Shown here piece by piece: positions 39,259 to 47,853 of a DNA stretch of 64,000 bases. The notes under the pieces were generated by a model. That model saw nothing but the letters and a program-made list of their open reading frames with translations, made no database searches and was not told where the DNA came from. Source of the stretch: an uncultured virus (IMG/VR IMGVR_UViG_3300037541_000827) (taxonomy: Duplodnaviria; Heunggongvirae; Uroviricota; Caudoviricetes). The position numbers and the translations under genes are program-made. Each line of letters opens with the position of its first letter. Within the stretch, counting starts at the first letter, position 1. The stretch lies in the IMG/VR virus record IMGVR_UViG_3300037541_000827; one strand, written 5' to 3'.

Positions 39259-39549
39259 GCCACATTCCTTTCCATCACCAGCGAGGGCGGCAACTTCGGC
39301 CGCGTGAAGTGGACAAACGCTGCCCCCTTTCCCAAGGGGATTGTCTGGGGCCTGGTGCAGTGGGACATCTGGTGGCCCTTCAGGAACAAGCTCTTTGAGG
39401 CTGATGGCCCGAAGCTGGCTGCCCGGTGCGAAGAGATGGTCGAAGACCTGGCATGGACAGGGACACCCTTCGAGCTGACAGGCGCCTCCCATGGCAGCCA
39501 GGAAGGCCCTGGGGTTGTGTTCTACGTCAAGCGCAAACCGAGCAGCTGA
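39256..39549 (+). CDS. Hypothetical accessory protein
   Basis: 97-aa ORF after the repeated leader. Confidence 0.6.
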   Translation: MATFLSITSEGGNFGRVKWTNAAPFPKGIVWGLVQWDIWWPFRNKLFEADGPKLAARCEEMVEDLAWTGTPFELTGASHGSQEGPGVVFYVKRKPSS

Positions 39550-40935
39550 TCACACCTCCAGCTCCGCCACCTCAGTGACCATGGCCTCGTAGGCCTCGCG
39601 AGCGGCGGCATTGATCCATCCCCTGGAGGGGGTCCACACCGGATCCCCTGATGGCCAGGGTCTGGCGCCGCCGTTTGCCGGGTTGTTGGCCTGGTTCGGC
39701 CGGGGTGTGGTGGCCGGCAGGGCGGTGCGCTCCATCAGCGGGAAGTCGCCCGGGCCGCGGGGCTCACCGGTGCCGCCGATCGGCCGCCAGGGCCTGGTGC
39801 TGGCCTCGTCGTACTTCCTGCGGGTCGCCGCGGCCAGGGCCTGCTGCTGATCCTCCCAGCGCTCGCCGCGGTTGGCCGCCAGCTGGTTCTGGATCACCAG
39901 CGCCTCCAGGGTGATCGGGGAGAGGGCGCATCGGCAGTTCGGATGGATGGGGGTCTTCACGCTGCCGGCGTAGTAGAGGGCCCCCATCCGAGGGGCACAG
40001 AACTCACAGACCCGATCGTCGGCGGTGGCCACGTAGCGGACGAACCCGACGCCAATCCGGCGGAACGTTCTCTCCCTGGCTTCGCCGGCGGCGATGTGGG
40101 TCTCGGTGCGGGCCACGGTCTCGGCCCGGTTCCTGAAGGCGTCGTTGATGTGGGGGAGGCGAGCCTGGAGGTTGCGGGCCAGGGCGCGGCTGTCGACGCC
40201 GGTGGCCATCTGGGTGGCGGTCTCGAACTGCACGGCATCGCCCCAGTCGCGCCACCAGCGGAAGAAGTAATTTTTCGAGGCCCAGACACGATCAGATGTG
40301 GCGGCGTTGCGCTGGCGGCGGTAGTTGGCGCTGAGCGCCTTGAAGTCCCGCTCCGAGGCGGCGATGACGGCCCCCAGGTTCAGGAGCCTGGTGAAGGACT
40401 GCCCCTCCTGGTAGGGGCTGCCCGGGGCCGGGGCGTCGGTGGGGGCCGGTGGTGCCGCAGGTGGCAGCTGGGGATCCTGCAGCGAGGGGTGACGGCTGCT
40501 GAGCACGGCGGCCGGGGGGAGCATGTCCTTCGACAGCTCGAGGGCGTACTCGGTCCCCAGATCCTGGGCCCGGTTGTAGAGCTCCGCCAGCTCACGGTTC
40601 AGGGCTGCATTGGCTGCCCGATCGGCCGGGAAGCGGCTGATGATCGCCTGCAGGTCCTGGGCCAGCTGGCCCTGCAGGTAGAGGCTGGCCTGATTCTTCT
40701 GCAGGGGGGTGATCGGCACCGGGCCATCCGGGTTGCTGCCGAGGAACGCGCCGGGGGTGGTGGCCGGGTCGTAGTCGGGCTGGGCCTCGATCCGCTCCAG
40801 GCGGTCCATCAGGCTGCGGATGGTGCGACGCAGCGCCTCATCGAAGATCCCCCGGAGCTTGCGCAACTGCTGGTCCTCCAGGCCCCGCAGCTCCTGGTCG
40901 AGCTGCTCGATCAGATCCAGGGAGCGGTCAGCCAT
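39550..40935 (-). CDS. MuF/SPP1 gp7-like head morphogenesis protein
   Basis: RAETVARTE, ATADDRVCEFC, PIHPNCRC. Confidence 0.9.
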   Translation of the reverse strand: MADRSLDLIEQLDQELRGLEDQQLRKLRGIFDEALRRTIRSLMDRLERIEAQPDYDPATTPGAFLGSNPDGPVPITPLQKNQASLYLQGQLAQDLQAIISRFPADRAANAALNRELAELYNRAQDLGTEYALELSKDMLPPAAVLSSRHPSLQDPQLPPAAPPAPTDAPAPGSPYQEGQSFTRLLNLGAVIAASERDFKALSANYRRQRNAATSDRVWASKNYFFRWWRDWGDAVQFETATQMATGVDSRALARNLQARLPHINDAFRNRAETVARTETHIAAGEARERTFRRIGVGFVRYVATADDRVCEFCAPRMGALYYAGSVKTPIHPNCRCALSPITLEALVIQNQLAANRGERWEDQQQALAAATRRKYDEASTRPWRPIGGTGEPRGPGDFPLMERTALPATTPRPNQANNPANGGARPWPSGDPVWTPSRGWINAAAREAYEAMVTEVAELEV

Positions 40936-43723
40936 TCAGGCTTACGAACCGCGATCGCAAGCCATGCAGGCGCTGCTGGAGGGCATCCTTCCGCATTGCC
41001 TTGAGGCTGTTTTTCATCGAGACCAGTTTTTCGAAGACCTCACGATCGCCACCGGCATCCGGGTGGTGCTTTATCGCCAGCCTGCGAAATGCCTTGTCCA
41101 CATCGGCCTTTTTGGCCGTCTTGGGGTCCAGCCCGAAGACCACCCAGGGCCGGAAGTTTTTCAGGATGTCGATCCCATTGATGACGCTCCCGCCATCCTT
41201 GAGGCCTCGCTCATCGCGGGGCACCGCGACGAACCGTCGGTAGAGCTGCCGCCACTCCTCCTGGGCGTTCTGGCCCTTGAAGGTGCGGGTCTTATCCCCC
41301 TCGGTGGACATCTGGAAGTCCTGGTTGGCCAGCAGGGCCGAGGTGGTCTTCACGTTGAAGGCCTTGAGCACCGCCGACTGCACCTCCCGGGTGGACATCG
41401 GCTTGGCCCCTCCCCTGCCGCCGGATGCTGGCTGCTCCATGCTGGCCGAGCCTCCACCGCCAGCTGGTGCCGCCTTGGGTCGGGCACCACCGCTGACGGC
41501 GGGGCCGCCCTCATTCCCGGCCGCCAGGGCAAGAATCCGCCTCATCTTCTGCTGCGCCGGGCCTGCTCCCGGGGCCTTTCTGCAGACCTTGCTCATCGAG
41601 ATGCAGCCAGCGCCGCAGCTGTAGCCGGTCGTGCATTTCCGCTTCACGGCGTCGATCCGTTGCTGGAGCGTTGTCGCATGAGCTCGGCGATCGGCGACCG
41701 CGGCCTGGTAGGCCTCCTGGAGCAGCCGCTGGATCCGCTCTTCCCGGCTGTCGGTGCGGTTGTTGGGACCTGGGAACTTCTCCGCTTTGACCCGCGCAAG
41801 CAAAGCATCGAACATCGGCTCCATCTCTTCCGCCTGCTTGCGGGTGGGCCACAGCTCATGTCCAGTAGGTTGGGTCAGGTAGGTGTTAACCCGTTTGGCC
41901 TTATCCAGCTTCAGCTGGACGTGGGCCTCGAATGCCCTGGCAAACATCTCCTCGCGGCTCGTCCAGTAGTCAGCGCTGATGCCTAAGCCGCCCTTCTTCA
42001 TGCTCCGCACTGCCACCTGGACCTGATCTGCAAAGCCTGACTTGATCATCGACCACTGCATCTGGTTCATGGACTCGATCAGCTCGGGGGTGCCTCTGTT
42101 CTGCGAAACGAAACCAGTGCCGCCTGCTGCGTAGTTGTCCAGCGCGTGCGCCCATTCGTGGGCAAAGGTGCCGACGCCGTTCTTGCGGGTGAGGTTGATC
42201 ACCTTCAGGTCAGGCTCGAAGTGCGCCATGGCACCGCCTCGACCACGTGCACCAATAGCCAATCCCAAGGTGCCGTTTAGGCCAACTGCTCGGTCAGGCA
42301 GACCGGTCATGTCTGCCAGATCAACCATGGCTTCAGCGGCTTTCTGGACGTGGTGGCGGCGCTCATCGTCGGTGACCGAGTTGCCGTACTGCAGGCCGCG
42401 GAAGCCGAGCTTGTTGACGATGGTGTCGGTGGCGGCCTGGGCGGTGCTTCCAACCGAGCGGCCACCGACGCGGCGCTCTCCGGCCACGTAGAGGTCGGCG
42501 GCGCTGAATCGCTTCTTGCCACCCCCCTCCTTCCCGAAGGCGCTGCCGACAGTGGCGCCTTCCAGAATTTTCGTGCCGGTTTCCACGGCACGGGCCATAG
42601 ATTTGCCTGCGTCAGATAAACCGGTTTCCGTTTTTAAGAACTTGGCGAACTCATTCATCTGCCCGTAGACAGTTGACGTCGAGCGCCCCGACATCATCAG
42701 TCGTTTCTGCATAGGCACCAGGGCTTTAGCGGCTGGATTGAATGGATCTCTATAGGTCCTTGTATAGCCAGAACCCTCCAGGCCGCGGATGCGGTCGATG
42801 ATGCCCCCAACTCTTTGCCCCAATGCCATGCGGAGCTTCCCGGGTGGCATGTCTTTGTTTTCTTCTACAAATGTACGAACTTCCTGAAAGGCGTCAAAGT
42901 ATTGCTTGCGCACTGTTTTGGCGTCGACAGCTTGCTCGTCAGAAGTTGGTTTGCGGCCCGTGGCGCGGTCATACTCTGCGCTGTTCCGCTTACGCCGAGC
43001 GACGCCTTCGGTGTAGCTCTCAACGTCTTTTGCCGCAAGGTTTGGGAATGTCTTGAGGCTGTAGTGGGCCTCGAGGCGCGCAAGCACGTTCCCCTCATTG
43101 ACACCACTGATCAGGTCCGTCGGGAAGTTCTTCATCAGGATGTCCCTGGTGAGGATCTTCTCCACTTGGCCACTGGCTTCGGCCTCCTCGATCGTTCTGA
43201 AAGCGTTGCGCCTGTGGCGGGCGGAGTCGACGATGTCCTCTCCTGCGTTGCCCACGGCCGAGGCCCGGGCGAACTCGTAATCTGGATCGCCTTCCTTGGC
43301 TGCCCGATCGGCCTCTCCCCTTGGCGTGCCGGCCGGGGCCTTGCCAGTGCTGGAGGGGGGCGTGGCCGCCTTGGCTGCTGCGGCCTCAGCCGCTTGCTTC
43401 TCTGCTGCTGCCTTGGCCTTCTCAGCGGCCACCTGCTGGCGCCCGCTGCGGAGCTGGCCCGCCTTCTCCCCCCGGCGTGCGGCGATCGCCCCGGCCAGCT
43501 CACCGGCCTCCTTCTGCCGCACCTGTGCAATCCCCCGCTGAGAGGAGGCCCCGCCGGCGGCGAGCTCCAGGAGCCGCTTCATGCGCTCCTTCCCGATGGC
43601 GCTGCGGGGAGTGGTGCGGCATTCCTTGCGCAGGCTGATGCAACTGCTGCCGCAGCCATAGCCGGTGGTGCATTTCCGCCTGAGGGCATCAAGCCGGTGC
43701 TGCAGGGAGATCGCCAGGCTCAT
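40928..43723 (-). CDS. Polyvalent protein: two Cys4 modules, zincin/LPD1 domain, C-terminal DnaJ J-domain
   Basis: FRGLQYGN, FAHEWAHALD, EMFARAFE; FRRLAIKHHPDAGGD; lies between portal and MuF. Confidence 0.85.
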   Translation of the reverse strand: MSLAISLQHRLDALRRKCTTGYGCGSSCISLRKECRTTPRSAIGKERMKRLLELAAGGASSQRGIAQVRQKEAGELAGAIAARRGEKAGQLRSGRQQVAAEKAKAAAEKQAAEAAAAKAATPPSSTGKAPAGTPRGEADRAAKEGDPDYEFARASAVGNAGEDIVDSARHRRNAFRTIEEAEASGQVEKILTRDILMKNFPTDLISGVNEGNVLARLEAHYSLKTFPNLAAKDVESYTEGVARRKRNSAEYDRATGRKPTSDEQAVDAKTVRKQYFDAFQEVRTFVEENKDMPPGKLRMALGQRVGGIIDRIRGLEGSGYTRTYRDPFNPAAKALVPMQKRLMMSGRSTSTVYGQMNEFAKFLKTETGLSDAGKSMARAVETGTKILEGATVGSAFGKEGGGKKRFSAADLYVAGERRVGGRSVGSTAQAATDTIVNKLGFRGLQYGNSVTDDERRHHVQKAAEAMVDLADMTGLPDRAVGLNGTLGLAIGARGRGGAMAHFEPDLKVINLTRKNGVGTFAHEWAHALDNYAAGGTGFVSQNRGTPELIESMNQMQWSMIKSGFADQVQVAVRSMKKGGLGISADYWTSREEMFARAFEAHVQLKLDKAKRVNTYLTQPTGHELWPTRKQAEEMEPMFDALLARVKAEKFPGPNNRTDSREERIQRLLQEAYQAAVADRRAHATTLQQRIDAVKRKCTTGYSCGAGCISMSKVCRKAPGAGPAQQKMRRILALAAGNEGGPAVSGGARPKAAPAGGGGSASMEQPASGGRGGAKPMSTREVQSAVLKAFNVKTTSALLANQDFQMSTEGDKTRTFKGQNAQEEWRQLYRRFVAVPRDERGLKDGGSVINGIDILKNFRPWVVFGLDPKTAKKADVDKAFRRLAIKHHPDAGGDREVFEKLVSMKNSLKAMRKDALQQRLHGLRSRFVSLNG
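41579..41659 (-). repeat. Cys4 module copy 2 of the 931-aa protein
   Basis: RIDAVKRKCTTGYSCGAGCISMSKVCR. Confidence 0.9.
43616..43696 (-). repeat. Cys4 module copy 1 of the 931-aa protein
   Basis: RLDALRRKCTTGYGCGSSCISLRKECR. Confidence 0.9.
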
Positions 43724-45684
43724 CCTTCTGCCCCATCCCCGGCAAGGTAGGCATCACACAGGGCGCCCATAGCCACTAGGTCCAGGGCATTGATCCGGCG
43801 AATGGTGGGCTCGGCGCCGATGGCATCACGGATCCCCCGCTGGTGCTGGTGCCCCATGGCCAGCAAGTAGGCGCCGCTGCTGGGCTCGAAAACCTCCCAG
43901 GCGCCGCTCAGATCAGGACCCACCGCCACGGGATAGGGCAGTGTCTGGCCGTAGGGGCCCATCAGGCGGCCAATGCCGGGGCCATCCATGCGGATCGACA
44001 CCCCAAAGATCTGATGGATCTGGCCGGCGGCATCGCTGCGGGGCTCCTCATCCCGTCGGCGCTTGCGCCGGGCCCGGTTGCTGCTGATCTTCTCGGCCAG
44101 CACCTGCGATCGCGTTTCACAGTCGCTGCAGCAGGGTTCGTCGTCGGAATCCGTGCGGGGCGGGGCCTCGGGGATAGCGGGGCCGGTGAGGGCTGGATCC
44201 TCCTCTGCAGGGGCAGCATCAGGGGCCGCCGCAGGATCTCCCTCGAGTGTGCCGCCGAACTCCACCGGGGCCTCCCGCTTCGGCTGCGGGATGGATCCAT
44301 CGGCCTGCCGATTCAGCAGGGTGGTGTCCAGGCTGAAGCGGGGCTTCCCGAAGCGGGCCAGGGCCACCTCGTTGGGCTGCAGCACGCCGGCCTGGATGTA
44401 CTGGCTGTCGGCCGCGGCGACCTTCTGCCGCAGCTCAGCCTGTTCGTCTTCCGTGGGGGTGTAGGTGGGGCGGAAGGTGATCTCCCAGTCGTCGGGGGGC
44501 TTTTGGCCTTTCCATGGGCCCTCGGCGCAGGCCATCACCAGCTCGTAGATCCGCCGCAGGGGCTCTTTGAGGTGCTGGGCCTGCCAGTCGGCCACCTCGT
44601 TGCCAAAGGCGGCCTGTTCACTCCTGCCATCGGCACCCAGGCCGGAGGGCGACTCACCCCAGAGCAGGGTGTGGGGCAGACCGGAGGCGCCAGTGATCTC
44701 GGATTTGAGGGAGGAAATGATGTCGGCGATGCCAGCAGCAGAGCGTGTGAAATTGGTCAGCTCTTCGTTGTCGTTCAGCAGGTAGGCGCCGATGGTGCTG
44801 CGGGCGAGGGCATTGGCCTGCAGCCGCTGGCGCAGCTTGTCTTCCCCCCCGGCCGCGAGCATGTTGGCCAGCCCCGGCAGCTTGTGCACCACCAGGTCGA
44901 AGTCGTGCAAAATGTCAGCCGCCGATTGTTGGCCGGTTTCCCACCTTTTGAAAACATCCCAGACCAGGTCCACCACCGAGACCCCCCACCACTGCCGCTC
45001 CTGCTGTGACCGCCAGGAGCAGGGGAGACCCTCGATGCGGATCACCCGGCTGCTGTGGATCTCAATTTGGGTGGCTTCGGTGAGGCCCAGGCCAGCACTC
45101 GTCACCAGCTTGCTGCCGGCCTGATCGTTGAGCTTCTGCAGGTCGCGATCGGCCTGAGTCCAAAACCAGTAGCTTTCCGGCTCGCCGATGCCGGACCAGC
45201 CGGCGGCGGGGTAGAGGCGCCAACGGTCAATCGGGTAGAAGCCGTGGATGGTCCGCAGCCGCTTGAGGTTCAGAGGCTTGTCGATCGGGGTGCGGTCATC
45301 GGCGATCAACACCAGGGCGCCACCGCCATAGAGGCGGCTGTAGGTGGCGGCCGCGGCCAGGCCCTGGCGCAGGTGGAGCTTTTCGGTCCAACCCACGACA
45401 TCATCGAGCTGGGCCTTCATGCGGCTGGAGGTTTCATCCCCCACCGACAGGTCCCAGCCGCTGCGGGTGCCCTGCTGGGGGAGTTTCTCCACAATCCGGC
45501 GGATCAGCCAGGACTGTTCGTAGAGGGCATCAACAGCAGATTCAGAGAGGATCCGGCTGCGCTTGACGCCGATCGCTTCGTTTCGGTCCTTCGCGGTGCC
45601 CAGGCCGGTGAGGATGTTGACAAGGGCGCCATCAAGCCGCCACTCAGATCGGGAATCAGCGTCTTGGAGGAAACCGATCGTCAC
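43720..45684 (-). CDS. Portal protein (DUF1073/HI1409 family) with C-terminal extension
   Basis: LYEQSWLIRRIVE, SRLYGGG, IHSSRVI, SGLPHTLLWGESPSGL. Confidence 0.9.
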   Translation of the reverse strand: MTIGFLQDADSRSEWRLDGALVNILTGLGTAKDRNEAIGVKRSRILSESAVDALYEQSWLIRRIVEKLPQQGTRSGWDLSVGDETSSRMKAQLDDVVGWTEKLHLRQGLAAAATYSRLYGGGALVLIADDRTPIDKPLNLKRLRTIHGFYPIDRWRLYPAAGWSGIGEPESYWFWTQADRDLQKLNDQAGSKLVTSAGLGLTEATQIEIHSSRVIRIEGLPCSWRSQQERQWWGVSVVDLVWDVFKRWETGQQSAADILHDFDLVVHKLPGLANMLAAGGEDKLRQRLQANALARSTIGAYLLNDNEELTNFTRSAAGIADIISSLKSEITGASGLPHTLLWGESPSGLGADGRSEQAAFGNEVADWQAQHLKEPLRRIYELVMACAEGPWKGQKPPDDWEITFRPTYTPTEDEQAELRQKVAAADSQYIQAGVLQPNEVALARFGKPRFSLDTTLLNRQADGSIPQPKREAPVEFGGTLEGDPAAAPDAAPAEEDPALTGPAIPEAPPRTDSDDEPCCSDCETRSQVLAEKISSNRARRKRRRDEEPRSDAAGQIHQIFGVSIRMDGPGIGRLMGPYGQTLPYPVAVGPDLSGAWEVFEPSSGAYLLAMGHQHQRGIRDAIGAEPTIRRINALDLVAMGALCDAYLAGDGAEG

Positions 45685-45787
45685 TGGTCTTAGCGCTTAG
45701 GCCCAGGGTAGGCCTGGCGAGTTCGCTATATCACTGGCCAACGACGTTACGCGCCATAGGCTGGGGCCGAACATCAGCCCTAGTCCA

Positions 45788-46753
45788 TTGGGCGCCCCGC
45801 TCGATTCGCTGCTCGGTTCGTATGCGCGGCTGCCCATCCCCTCCAGGGAGGAGCAGGTGTTGCTGGGTCGGGCCATCCGGAAGTGGCTGGACTGGGATCC
45901 AGCTCCAGAGAAGGCCCCGCCTGGTGTGCAGCGGGCCGGCCGGCGGGCGCGGGATCGGATGGTGGCCCGCAACATGCTGCTGGTGGCGACACAGGCCCGC
46001 ACGTTTTCGGTGTCCTCGGTGGTGGCCCTGGAGCCGCAGGACCTGATCCAGGAGGGTGCGATCGGGCTCACCAGGGCGGCGGAGAAATTCGACCCCACGC
46101 GAGGCTTCAGTTTCGCGACCTATGCGGTTCCGTGGATCCGGCAGTCGATGACCCGGCTGGTGCACACCAGCGGTTCAATTCGACTCCCAGTGAAGCGGGC
46201 ATCGAAGATGCACCAGCTGCGCCAATGGGTGGAGGCCTTCACAGCTCGTGAGGGCCGCTCACCGACGGATCAGGAGGCGATGAAGGGGATGGATCTGAGC
46301 GCCGCTGACCTGCGGATCCTGCGGCAGGCGGCCGCGGTGCGGCAGGTGGTTTCGCTCGATGCCTTGCATTGCGATCGCGAGGGGCACGGGGAAACCCTCC
46401 TCGCCACCGCGGCGGCACCAACGACAACGACAACAGCGGACACCACGACCACAGAGCGTGCCCAAGTGCTGGAGGCGCTTGAACCCTGGCCTGATCTGCG
46501 GGAGATCATGGAGTGCCGGCTGGACGGGCACACCTGCCAGGAGGCCGGCCTGGCGATGGGGATCACCCGATTGGCCGCCGAACGGCTGTGGGAGCGAGCG
46601 CTGGCGATGGCGCAGCACCTGATGGGCGGCGATCACCAGCACGGCAGGTGCCAGCTGGAGCTGTTTGTGACCGAGATTGAGATCGAGCAGCAGCTGCTCC
46701 TATTCCCCCAGGCCGCGCGGGTGCTGTGGCGAAAGCGTCGGCGTCGCTCCTGA
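45788..46753 (+). CDS. Phage RpoD-like sigma-70 factor
   Basis: DLIQEGAIGLTRAAEKFDPTRGFSFATYAVPWIRQSM region 2; SIRLPV. Confidence 0.9.
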   Translation: MGAPLDSLLGSYARLPIPSREEQVLLGRAIRKWLDWDPAPEKAPPGVQRAGRRARDRMVARNMLLVATQARTFSVSSVVALEPQDLIQEGAIGLTRAAEKFDPTRGFSFATYAVPWIRQSMTRLVHTSGSIRLPVKRASKMHQLRQWVEAFTAREGRSPTDQEAMKGMDLSAADLRILRQAAAVRQVVSLDALHCDREGHGETLLATAAAPTTTTTADTTTTERAQVLEALEPWPDLREIMECRLDGHTCQEAGLAMGITRLAAERLWERALAMAQHLMGGDHQHGRCQLELFVTEIEIEQQLLLFPQAARVLWRKRRRRS

Positions 46754-46818
46754 GATGGGATAGCACTGATGCGCTAGTTGGGAGTAAGTTCATCCCGGTG
46801 TAACGACGTTGTGAATCC

Positions 46819-47106
46819 ATGGCGGAAACGGCCAACGGCCCTGGCCCTGCAGGCAAGCTCCAGACCGAGCGCGGGCTGAGCGAATCTCAGCAGCTCACGC
46901 TGAACGCCGTTAGGCAGTACATCGATCAGCACGGCATCCCGCCGAGCTTCCGCGACGTGATGGTGGTGCGGCAGCTGGCAAGCACCTCCACGATCCAGGC
47001 CCATTTCAAGCACCTCCAGGCAGCCGGAGCCATTGATGTGCGCGATGGCGTCCCGCGGTCGGTGCGGGTGCTGTGGCCCCGGCCGAAGCGCCGGAGGGGC
47101 GGTTGA
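46819..47106 (+). CDS. LexA N-terminal DNA-binding-domain-only protein
   Basis: YIDQHGIPPSFRDV...STSTIQAHFKHLQAAG...PRSVRV; no peptidase domain. Confidence 0.85.
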   Translation: MAETANGPGPAGKLQTERGLSESQQLTLNAVRQYIDQHGIPPSFRDVMVVRQLASTSTIQAHFKHLQAAGAIDVRDGVPRSVRVLWPRPKRRRGG

Positions 47107-47342
47107 TGGGCTGGGGCGACTGGCGGGTGCCGGAGCTCACAGAGGAGGTTGAGTTTCGGCTCAAGGTGCAGGAACTGAAGGTGCGAAGGACGTTCAGGCG
47201 CAATCCTGATGCCGTGCTGCACCAGGCACTGCTGCTGGCCCGGGAGAAGGCAATTCTTGAACGAACCGTGGAGAAAGCCCACCGGCGAATCATGGAGCTG
47301 GAGGTGGAGGCCGCTCTGGGTCCAGCAGGAGGGCGGCATTAG
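47106..47342 (+). CDS. Hypothetical coiled protein
   Basis: MGWGDWRVPELT... 78 aa, coupled. Confidence 0.55.
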   Translation: MGWGDWRVPELTEEVEFRLKVQELKVRRTFRRNPDAVLHQALLLAREKAILERTVEKAHRRIMELEVEAALGPAGGRH

Positions 47343-47853
47343 TGGTGCCGGTGGTTCTGTCTGAAGCGATGATCCAACCCGCCTACCTGGCGAAGCTGCG
47401 CTATGAGCTGCGCGCCGAGCTGGTGATCACGCTGGTGCAGCTCGAGCAGCTGGTGCCCGGGTGGTGGTGCAGCCTGAGCGATCTGGCGGAGCAGCTGGGC
47501 ACCGATCGGGCCAGCCTGAACCGCAGCCTCTCGAAACTGGCGGCCTGGGCCTGCTGCGCAGGGTGAGCAGGGGCAACAGCGGCGGCACCTGGATCTGGTG
47601 GGTGAAACGCTCCGCCGATGACCAACCCAACGACCTTGAGGCGCCGCGGTGGCGGCTGAGAGATGTGGTTAGTTGCCGGGGCAACCTGGAGGTGATCCTG
47701 GGGCAGGAGCGTGCCTTTGCCGCGGCCAAGGGGATCCCGTTGGCCACGGTGCGGGCCTTTCTGGCTGGCCACCGGCCGCTGCTGGCGAAGCGGTGGAAAC
47801 TGCTCAGCTCCCCCCTGCAGCTCGCCGACGAGAGCGAGCAACTCGCTGCCTGA
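47342..47853 (+). pseudogene. Frameshifted winged-HTH protein
   Basis: HTH SLSDLAEQLGTDRASLNRSLSKLA continues in the -1 frame as LGLLRRVSRGNSGGTWIWW. Confidence 0.6.

Noticed and set aside
26448..41660. Near-identical repeats as a DGR template/variable pair
   Set aside because: No reverse transcriptase in the window; differences are mostly synonymous and not adenine-specific
43720..45684. Anti-CBASS Acb1 label often attached to this family
   Set aside because: Size, motifs and position indicate a DUF1073 portal; no paired HxT phosphoesterase motifs seen
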